In this document: piece by piece, positions 29,003 through 36,409 of the stretch
Layout of the letters: each line of letters begins with the position of its first letter
Numbering within the stretch: position 1 is the stretch's first letter
DNA from: Angustibacter luteus
GTDB lineage: Bacteria; Actinomycetota; Actinomycetes; Actinomycetales; Angustibacteraceae
Reading direction: 5' to 3'
Assembly: GCF_039541115.1 (NCBI RefSeq)
Contig: NZ_BAABFP010000005.1
Location: 62,001 to 126,000, forward strand
Length of the DNA: 64,000 nucleotides
Position numbers and translations under genes: made by a program
Notes under the pieces: model-generated
Seen by the model: the letters and a program-made list of their open reading frames with translations, nothing else
Database searches by the model: none
Told to the model about the DNA's origin: nothing

Positions 29003-31650
29003 GCGCCCGCGGCCAGCACCGCCGTCGGGACGGCCGCCCGGTGGTCCGGCTGCTCGTCGGGTCCGTGATCGGCGTGGCCGCGCTGGTCGGGATCGGCTCG
29101 GGGTCGACCGCGATCGCCAGCTGGTCCGCGACCGGTAGCGGTGCCGGCGCCGCCGCCACGGCGACCCTGGCCCCCGCCAGCGCGCTGACCGCCGCGCAGG
29201 TCGGCAACGACGTCAAGCTCACCTGGTCTCCCGCGGTGCCGCCGAGCGGAGCGACCCTGACCGGCTACTACGTGACCCGGTACGCCGGGGCCACACCGTC
29301 CAAGGCCTGTGGCACCAACCCCGCGGCCCCCGGCACGCTCCTGCCCGCCTCCGCGCTCACCTGCACGGACACCTCCCTGGTGAACGGCACCTACTCCTAC
29401 ACCGTCACCGCGGTGCTGCGGACCTGGACGGCACCGAGCGCCGCCAGCAACGCGCTGGTCGTGATCGTCGACGGATCGGCGCCCGGACTCGCCCTGGGGA
29501 TGGCCTCCGGCGCCACCGGTGCCTCACTCTCCGGGAGCACGCTCTGGTACCGCAGCGGCGGCGCGGGCAGCGTCAGCCTGACGGCGGCCGTGACCGACGG
29601 GCAGTCGGGTCCGGCGTCCGCGTCGTTCCCGCTGGTCGCGGCCAGCGGCTGGACGCACGCCGCCGAGACCGTCACCACCGGCACCGGCTCGCCGCCCACG
29701 GTCACGTACCAGTCCAGCCCGTTCGCCTGGACGGCGTCACCGGGCACCCCTGCCTCGATGGCCGTCGTCGGCCGCGACGCCGTCGGCAACGCCTCCTCGA
29801 TCTCGGTCGCGTTCGCGGCCGACGCGAGCGCCCCGACAGGCGGCTCGCTCAGCGTGAACGGCGTGGCGGCCACGGCTGCTGGGAGCCAGAGCGTCAACAA
29901 GACCGGTGCGTTCACCCTCGGCCCGCGCATCGACTACACCGCGGACGTCGGGTCCGGGCTGGCGAGCAGCCTGCTGACGCTGCAGTCCGCGTCACTGGTC
30001 AACGGCGCCTGCGGGGCCTTCGGGGCCGCCACCACGGTGACCGGCGCGCCGGCACAGAGCGGCCTGGCCACGGGGTGCTACCGCTACAGCCTGACCGGCA
30101 CCGACCGGGTGGGCAACGCGTCGGCGCTCGTGTCGACGGTGAAGGTCGACGTCACGGCGCCCACCCAGAACCTGTCGCTGGTCTCCGGCACCGGCGCGTT
30201 CCTGACCCCGGGCCGCCTGTACTTCCGTGGCACCGCGGCGGGTTCCTTCCAGCTCGCCACCACCGTCACCGACGCCGCCACCGGCCCCGCGCAGACCGTC
30301 TTCCCGGCCATCGCGACGACGGGCTGGACCCACAACGCAGAGACCGTGACCACCGGGTCCGGCACTCCGCCCAGTACGACGTACTCCTCGACGAGCTACT
30401 CCTGGACTGCCGCACCCTCGGTCCCCGGCTCCAAGAACATCATCAGCGGCGACGGCGCGGGCAACACCGTGACCACCGCGCTGGCGTTCACCCGGGACAA
30501 CGCGGCGCCCACCGGCGCAGTGCTCAAGGTGAACGGCGGGACCGCCAGCGCGGCAGGCACGTTCACCAACAGCGCCAGCGGTACCTTCGCGATCGGGACC
30601 CGCACCGACTACGTCGAGACGACCTCCACCACCGCAGCGGGTCTGGCGTCCAGCGTGCTGACCCGCGAGGCAGGAACCCTCACGGGCACGTCCTGCAGCG
30701 CCTTCGGTGCGGCGACCACGGTGACCGGCGCGCCGGCCGAGACCGGTCTGACCACCGGTTGCTACCGCTACACCCTGACCGGCACCGACAACGTGGGGAA
30801 CGTCGTCGCGATCAGCACGACCGTGCGGGTGGACCAGTCGGCTCCGACCGGCGCCGCCCTGACCGTCAACGGCCAGGTCGCCTCGGCGGCCGGCACCACG
30901 ACGACCAACGGCACCGGCAGCTGGCCGATCGACGTCCGCACCGACTGGACCGACCCGCAGTGGGCCACCACCACCAGCACCCTGACCCGGCAGACCGCCC
31001 CGATGGCCAACGGGGTCTGCGGGACCTACGGGGGATCGTCGACGATCGCTGGGACGACGGCGCAGACCGGGACGGCACGCAACTGCTACCGGTACACGCT
31101 CACCGGTACGAACACTGCGGGGCTCGTCTCGACCGTCTCGGTCGTCGTCAGGGTCAACCCGTACGTGAGCGGCGTCCAGCTGGTCAACGGATCGGGCGCC
31201 GCCGGCCGGGTCAGTGCCGGCGACCGGATGGTCGTCACGTTCTCGGACACCATGGACCCCAGCACCTTCTGCACCGCCTGGGGCACCAGCGGCGACCAGT
31301 CCATCACCGGTGACAACCAGGCCAAGGTCTCGTTGAACGACGTCGCCGCCGGGGACACGGTGACCGTGACGTCCACGCTCTGCACGTTCCGGTTCGGCAC
31401 GATGGCCCTGGGCTCCACCGGCTACACGGGCGCGACCACCACGTTCGCAGGCGCCGGCGCCAACAAGTCCACGATCGTCTGGGACGCTGCCGCCCGCACG
31501 TTGACCGTGACGTTGGGAGCGGCGTCCAGCACCTCGCCGACCGTCGTGCCGTCGAGCGCCGTCACGTTCACCCCCAGCACGGTGATCCGCAACAGCGGAG
31601 GCCTGGCGATCGGTGGCACCTTCGTGACCGGCACGATGCAGCAGTTCTGA
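28999..31650 (+). CDS. Large secreted repetitive Ig/FN3-like adhesin (883 aa)
   Basis: Start GTG 28999 (GTGA overlap); signal peptide AIA/SWS; FN3-like domain (VKLTW..GYYVTR..YSYTVTA); five D-x-(S/T/A)-A-P-linked repeats; no LPXTG or C-terminal TM. Confidence 0.8.
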   Translation: MSARGQHRRRDGRPVVRLLVGSVIGVAALVGIGSGSTAIASWSATGSGAGAAATATLAPASALTAAQVGNDVKLTWSPAVPPSGATLTGYYVTRYAGATPSKACGTNPAAPGTLLPASALTCTDTSLVNGTYSYTVTAVLRTWTAPSAASNALVVIVDGSAPGLALGMASGATGASLSGSTLWYRSGGAGSVSLTAAVTDGQSGPASASFPLVAASGWTHAAETVTTGTGSPPTVTYQSSPFAWTASPGTPASMAVVGRDAVGNASSISVAFAADASAPTGGSLSVNGVAATAAGSQSVNKTGAFTLGPRIDYTADVGSGLASSLLTLQSASLVNGACGAFGAATTVTGAPAQSGLATGCYRYSLTGTDRVGNASALVSTVKVDVTAPTQNLSLVSGTGAFLTPGRLYFRGTAAGSFQLATTVTDAATGPAQTVFPAIATTGWTHNAETVTTGSGTPPSTTYSSTSYSWTAAPSVPGSKNIISGDGAGNTVTTALAFTRDNAAPTGAVLKVNGGTASAAGTFTNSASGTFAIGTRTDYVETTSTTAAGLASSVLTREAGTLTGTSCSAFGAATTVTGAPAETGLTTGCYRYTLTGTDNVGNVVAISTTVRVDQSAPTGAALTVNGQVASAAGTTTTNGTGSWPIDVRTDWTDPQWATTTSTLTRQTAPMANGVCGTYGGSSTIAGTTAQTGTARNCYRYTLTGTNTAGLVSTVSVVVRVNPYVSGVQLVNGSGAAGRVSAGDRMVVTFSDTMDPSTFCTAWGTSGDQSITGDNQAKVSLNDVAAGDTVTVTSTLCTFRFGTMALGSTGYTGATTTFAGAGANKSTIVWDAAARTLTVTLGAASSTSPTVVPSSAVTFTPSTVIRNSGGLAIGGTFVTGTMQQF

Positions 31651-31715
31651 GCCGCCCTGGGCCGGTGCCGTCCTCCTGCGCGGGAGTAGCATCCTGCGTG
31701 GAGGGGAGCGAGGTG

Positions 31716-31907
31716 ATGAAGCGGCTCCTGTGCACGGTCATCAGCCACCGGTACGCCCGGGTGCGCTACCCGTCGTCCCCCGACGGGTACTACCTGAGGT
31801 GCCTGCGCTGCGGGCACCGCGGCGAGGAGCCGTACCTCTCCTTCCAGGTGGCGTCCGCGGTCCGGGCCGACTCCGCAGCGCACGTGGACCTGCGCTCCCG
31901 CCGGTAG
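31716..31907 (+). CDS. Small Cys/His zinc-ribbon-like protein
   Basis: MKRLLCTVISHRY...RCLRCG; RBS GGAGGGGAG/GAGG upstream. Confidence 0.6.
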   Translation: MKRLLCTVISHRYARVRYPSSPDGYYLRCLRCGHRGEEPYLSFQVASAVRADSAAHVDLRSRR

Positions 31908-31928
31908 GTCGGCTGCTGCCGGCCACTG

Positions 31929-32456
31929 CTAGCGGACGGTTGCCGCGAACGCGGCGAGCGACTCCGACGACTGCCCGGACCGCACCCTGTCGGCGACGGC
32001 GTCCCTCGTCCGCAGCGCGCGTCGCCATCCCACGACGGGCAGGCCGACGACGTCCGCGTCGACGTCTTCGTCGACGTCCGCTGGGGTGCGGCGACGAACC
32101 TCAACGGTCCACGGACGCCGTAGCGCGACGCGGGTGAGCGCCCCGAGCACCACCAGCAGCAGCACGACGAGCCCGTCGAGGAGGAGCAGGACGAGGGGCA
32201 GCAGCAGCCACCAGAAGACCAGCCCGAAGATGATCAGGCCCACCACCACGGCGATCCCGACGAGCAGGTCGTCGATGCTGTCGACCCAGGGGACGTCCAG
32301 GGTGTCCAGCCACGACCCGCGGTCCTTGCTGCGCCTGCGGTTCTCGCGCCTGCGCCAGCCACCAAGACGCCGTGCCAGCGGTCGCCACCTCGGCACCGCC
32401 CGCACGGTCACCGCGAACGTGTCGCCCGCGGGCGTGCGAGCAGTCGTGGTCAGCAT
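31929..32456 (-). CDS. Hypothetical membrane protein
   Basis: Long hydrophobic stretch (LLVGIAVV...VVLGAL), RRPWTVE, VVGWRRA. Confidence 0.7.
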   Translation of the reverse strand: MLTTTARTPAGDTFAVTVRAVPRWRPLARRLGGWRRRENRRRSKDRGSWLDTLDVPWVDSIDDLLVGIAVVVGLIIFGLVFWWLLLPLVLLLLDGLVVLLLVVLGALTRVALRRPWTVEVRRRTPADVDEDVDADVVGLPVVGWRRALRTRDAVADRVRSGQSSESLAAFAATVR

Positions 32457-32480
32457 CGACTGGATTCTGCCGCAACGGGT

Positions 32481-33164
32481 TCAGTCGACGGCCACGACAC
32501 ACACGACAGTGGCCTCCTCACCGCCGCTGACGGTGATCGTCGAACGGTAGGTCCGGCCCGCGGTGACGGTGCCGGGAGTGAGGTCGCAGGAGATCGAGAC
32601 GACCTCCTCCTTGCCGGCCGGCACGGTGGTCCTCGTCGGGTCGAGGGTGAGGGTCGCCGCCACGACGACTCCGAGCTCGTCGACGAGCGGCGAGGCCGCC
32701 AGCTCGATGCGTCGTGCTCGCGGGTGCCGGTTCGCGACGGTCAGCGAGCCGACCGCACGGTCCCCGACCACGCCGTGCAGGGTCAGCCCGGCCAGGCCCG
32801 CCGGTGCGGGCGGGGGCGGTGCCGCATGGTGCGCCGCGGGTTCGGCCGACGGGGCGTGCGCAGAGCGGCCGGTTCGCGTCCGGGCCACGTCGTCCACGAC
32901 GTTCGTGGCGACCTGGCTGCCGAGCTGGGCGACGTCGCGCGCGTACTCCGCGCCGAGCCGGCTCGCGCTGCGCCAGTAGCGCGTCCCCTCCCGCCGCGCG
33001 GCCTCGGCGTAGGCCCGGCTCGCGCTGGCCGTGTCCAGCTCGCCGCCGATCGCCGAGCGCAGCAGGTCCACGGATGCCCTGGCCCACGCCGCCTGCGCCT
33101 GCCACGCCTCGCGGGTCACGTCGAGCCATCGAGTCAGCTCCGGATCGCGTTCGTTGTCGGGCAT
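32481..33164 (-). CDS. Hypothetical protein: amphipathic helical N-terminus plus Ig-like C-terminal domain
   Basis: Ala/Arg-rich helical first 95 aa, Pro linker, beta-rich domain (GSLTVAN..VPAG..YRSTITV); [11 protein letters not shown]. Confidence 0.75.
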   Translation of the reverse strand: MPDNERDPELTRWLDVTREAWQAQAAWARASVDLLRSAIGGELDTASASRAYAEAARREGTRYWRSASRLGAEYARDVAQLGSQVATNVVDDVARTRTGRSAHAPSAEPAAHHAAPPPPAPAGLAGLTLHGVVGDRAVGSLTVANRHPRARRIELAASPLVDELGVVVAATLTLDPTRTTVPAGKEEVVSISCDLTPGTVTAGRTYRSTITVSGGEEATVVCVVAVD

Positions 33165-33174
33165 CGCGCCTCCC

Positions 33175-33777
33175 TCAGCAGCAACCGCAGTCGCACGTCA
33201 CGTCCACCGCGTCGCACGAGGCCGGGTGGACGACGACCGCCACACGTTGCGGGCGTGCGCACCCCTCGAACCTGATGTCAGCGTAGGCGCTCGCGCAGCT
33301 CTGCACATCGCCCAGCGGTTCACGCTGCTCGCCGTCCTTGCCTGCGCTCACAGCGACCAGGAGCCGCACGACCTTGCGCTCGCAGCCCTGCAACGTCAGT
33401 GGCGAGTCGACGTCGAACCGGGCCTGCACCTGCACGGGCTCGTCGCTGCACAGGTGCCACGGGCCCACCTCGAGGCTGACCTCGCGCTCGCGGTGCCGGG
33501 GGTTGCGCAGCGAGAAGGCCAGCACCCGGCGTTCACCGGCGCGTGCGTGCAGCACGATGTCCGCCTGCGGGATGCAGCACGAGCACGGGTCGCCGCAGCC
33601 GCAGTCGTCGTGCGACTCCGTGCAGCCGCAGTCCTTCTGGCGGCCCTGCGGCTCGACCGTCCAGCTGCGCTGCAGCGAGCGCACGGCGCTGGAGGAGTCG
33701 TCCCACCAGCGCTGCATCGCATCGGCCCAGCCGGTGGCGAGGTCGGACAGGACGTCGGTCGGTGCGCTGCTGCTCAT
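33175..33777 (-). CDS. Cys-rich hypothetical protein (16 Cys, ends TCDCGCC)
   Basis: Real start ATG 33777 (RBS AAGGAAG, overlap with the upstream stop) inside ORF 33175..34620. Confidence 0.78.
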   Translation of the reverse strand: MSSSAPTDVLSDLATGWADAMQRWWDDSSSAVRSLQRSWTVEPQGRQKDCGCTESHDDCGCGDPCSCCIPQADIVLHARAGERRVLAFSLRNPRHREREVSLEVGPWHLCSDEPVQVQARFDVDSPLTLQGCERKVVRLLVAVSAGKDGEQREPLGDVQSCASAYADIRFEGCARPQRVAVVVHPASCDAVDVTCDCGCC

Positions 33778-34439
33778 CGGCTCTTCCTTGCTGTGGTGGG
33801 CTTCTCGTCGGACGGCAGCACCACGACGACCAGCGTCGCGGTGCCGACCGGGATGCGGGCCTGGTGACGTCGGGTCGGGTCGAGGTCGTCGGGGACGCTC
33901 ACGTGCCCGGTGGCGTCGACCGTGACCCCCGGCTCGACGGTGACGGGGGAGTCCAGGCCGACCTCGACGTCGAGGTCGCCCACCACGCCGTTCGTCCAGA
34001 GCCGGGCCCGCAGCACCGACGCGATGGGCACGGACACGTTGCCCGCGTTGGTGATCCGCACGCTCAGCGGTTGCTGGCCGCGCTGCGCGAGCAGGCGGGA
34101 CGGGCTGATCCGCAGGTCGAGATCGGCCTCGACCTGCAGCACGGCGTCGCGCGCGACACCGGCCACCTCGAGCTCGACCGGGTAGCTGCCCGGCGCAGTC
34201 GATGCCGGCAGGCTCACGCTGACCGGCACGGTGCCCGTGGACCCAGCGGCCAGACGGGCACCGACCCGCGCGGTCGTCGTCCGGACGTCGGGCCCGCGGA
34301 CGGTCGCCGACCTGACCGTCACTGCGCGGTCGCCCTCGTTCGTCACGCTCACGGTGGCGTCGAGGTGGCGCGGCGTCCCGCGCAGCAGGATGGGCGGCGG
34401 GGCGTCCGCGGCCTTGGTCGTGCGACGTTTCGTTGCCAC
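33774..34439 (-). CDS. Hypothetical protein with two Ig-like beta-sandwich repeats
   Basis: Two V/I-T-N-x-G motifs (VTNEGD, ITNAGN), PGSYPVEL, VEPG; no signal peptide. Confidence 0.75.
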   Translation of the reverse strand: MATKRRTTKAADAPPPILLRGTPRHLDATVSVTNEGDRAVTVRSATVRGPDVRTTTARVGARLAAGSTGTVPVSVSLPASTAPGSYPVELEVAGVARDAVLQVEADLDLRISPSRLLAQRGQQPLSVRITNAGNVSVPIASVLRARLWTNGVVGDLDVEVGLDSPVTVEPGVTVDATGHVSVPDDLDPTRRHQARIPVGTATLVVVVLPSDEKPTTARKSR

Positions 34440-34448
34440 GTCGCCCGC

Positions 34449-34877
34449 CTACCGGTCCACGACGATCGGCCGCGCCCGGTCGGGTCGCACGTGGGTGGAC
34501 GTCTGGCCGCAGACACTGAGCGAGAACAGCTCCAGCCCGAGCACCGACCACCCCCAGCGCTGTTCGTAGGGCGTGCACACCTCCGTCGGTGGCGGTGGGG
34601 CGAGCTCCAGCCGGACGCACGAGTCGACGGCCACCGGCTTCAGGTCGATGCTGGACGTCGTCTCCAGTGGCGCGAGAGTGATCCGTGCGTCGGAGCTGAC
34701 CGTGCTGTCCGTGTGCACCTTCGAGTCCGACGTCACCGCGGACGTGGTGTTCAGGCTCGTCCCGCCAGCCAGCGTGGTCGTCGTCCCGCCGTCCACCGTG
34801 AGGTTCATGTCCTCCAACCCGGCCAGGTCGGTGGTCAGGCCACCAGAGACGTTGGTGTCGATCGAGTAGTCCGCCAT
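34449..34877 (-). CDS. Thr/Ser-rich beta-strand hypothetical protein
   Basis: Start ATG 34877 overlapping the upstream TGA (TGATG); MADYSIDTNV...WGWSVLGLELFSLSVCGQT. Confidence 0.75.
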   Translation of the reverse strand: MADYSIDTNVSGGLTTDLAGLEDMNLTVDGGTTTTLAGGTSLNTTSAVTSDSKVHTDSTVSSDARITLAPLETTSSIDLKPVAVDSCVRLELAPPPPTEVCTPYEQRWGWSVLGLELFSLSVCGQTSTHVRPDRARPIVVDR

Positions 34878-36151
34878 CAGGGCGTCCCTTCCGTTGGGCT
34901 GACTGGGCTGACTGGGCTGACTGGGTTCACCAGGTAGGAGTGGTGGAAGCCGAGCCGGGGGTCGCCCCAGCTCGGTACCCGGGGGTCGAACTCCTGCAGC
35001 TCGGGCATGGGTATCCGCGTGCGCAGCTCCAGCGACGGGTAGTCGTACACGGTGATGTGGTTCTGGCCGCGGTTCGCCGTGAACAACAGGGTCTGGTCGG
35101 CGGACAGCTGGCACGCGTAGATGCCGTCCAGCAGGGCACCCCGGCTCACCTTCATCGCGCCGACGTACAGGTGCGCGTTGGCGAACACACTGCCGCGGGA
35201 CAGCGCCTCGGTGACGGTGGACGCCGCCTGGCGGGCGTGCGTCCACTGGTCCAGCGCGCCGGGGTGCTCGTCGATGATCCGGTGCTGGGACAACGTCGCC
35301 AGGTCGACCAGCACGACCGTGTGGCTGCCACCGGTGCAGAAGATGAGCTCGCGGTCGGAGATGGTCACGTCCGAGTTGATGTGCGCCGGCAGGTCCCGGT
35401 CGGCTGACCAGTGCCGCAGCACCTGCCCGGACTCCGCGTCGACCTCGTACGCGTACTCGCGAAGGTACGACATTCCCCAGTGCTGCCAGTCGGTTCCGTC
35501 GGCCGGCGCCACCCGGAACGACAGGGCGTAGAACACGTCGAGCACCGGGTGGCACACCAGGTGCCAGCACGTGGTGGGGAGCTCGACCCGTTGCACCGTG
35601 CCGGTCCGCGTGTCCAGGATGCCGACCTCACGTGCCTCGCCCCGGCTGGGGTGGTCCATTCCGCCGTACACGACGTAACGGCCGGAGGCGCTGCGCTTCA
35701 TGGCGTGCGGCACCTTCAGGCCGTGCGGGGCGATCTGCTCGGCCTTGGTCAGCCGGTTGACGTCGAAGCGCCACAGGTGCTCACCGATCGCCGTGATGAA
35801 CTCGGTCTCGTCCAGCCAGACCAGGTGCGTGCTGCCCTTGATCGTGGTGTCCGGCACCGCAAAGCGCAGGGTCGAGACGCGGTCCGCCTCGTCCAGGGTC
35901 TGCGGGTCGTAGAAGAGCAGGTGCTGGCCGGTGTTGCCGAGGAACCCCAGCCGACGCGACGGATCCACCGAGGGGGCGTGGCCGCCCGCGACCCCGCCGA
36001 AGTAGGTGATCTTGTAGGCGTGGTCGCCGGTGACGGGGTCGTACCGGAAGAGGCACACGCCGGCGCGGCCCTCAAGACCGTTGAGCCCGTTGCCGTCCAG
36101 GGCGATGTGGAAGGCGTAGGGGTACTCCCGCATCGACCCGACGCCGCTCAC
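34877..36151 (-). CDS. His-rich beta-propeller protein, putative metalloenzyme
   Basis: Periodic blade-like motifs (GGHAPSV, GSTHLVW, VPHAMKRS, CWHLVCHP, PAHINSD, GIYACQLS, GFHHS), ANRGQNHITVYD; start either GTG 36151 or ATG 36133. Confidence 0.72.
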   Translation of the reverse strand: MSGVGSMREYPYAFHIALDGNGLNGLEGRAGVCLFRYDPVTGDHAYKITYFGGVAGGHAPSVDPSRRLGFLGNTGQHLLFYDPQTLDEADRVSTLRFAVPDTTIKGSTHLVWLDETEFITAIGEHLWRFDVNRLTKAEQIAPHGLKVPHAMKRSASGRYVVYGGMDHPSRGEAREVGILDTRTGTVQRVELPTTCWHLVCHPVLDVFYALSFRVAPADGTDWQHWGMSYLREYAYEVDAESGQVLRHWSADRDLPAHINSDVTISDRELIFCTGGSHTVVLVDLATLSQHRIIDEHPGALDQWTHARQAASTVTEALSRGSVFANAHLYVGAMKVSRGALLDGIYACQLSADQTLLFTANRGQNHITVYDYPSLELRTRIPMPELQEFDPRVPSWGDPRLGFHHSYLVNPVSPVSPVSPTEGTP

Positions 36152-36222
36152 CAGTGATCACCACCCCGCCTGGTGCTGGTTCCGTGCGGCTCCAAGCCGC
36201 CCGAAATCGACCATACGCGGTG

Positions 36223-36240
36223 CCGTGAAAAGCGTCACGG
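36223..36240. promoter_or_regulatory. CRP/FNR (GlxR/Crp)-type palindromic operator in the divergent promoter region
   Basis: CCGTGA-AAAGCG-TCACGG: perfect 6-bp arms with a 6-nt spacer; minus-strand -10 TATGGT at 36215-36210. Confidence 0.6.
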
Positions 36241-36409
36241 TGACGAACCGGACAACCTGCTCGGCGGGCGCGTCGGTGAAAACGGTAGAAAACCGACGTG
36301 TCGAACTTCTTGCTATGTGATCTTGCTCGCCCCTAGCATTCGGCGCGGCGGGGTGGCAGCGCGCACCTCGCCTTCGACTGCGCCCCGGTGGACGACGGTG
36401 AGGTGGACC

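Noticed and set aside
27685..31650. Sortase-dependent pilus or Tad/Flp pilus
   Set aside because: No LPXTG sorting signals, sortase, class III prepilin G/xxxxE motif or assembly ATPase.
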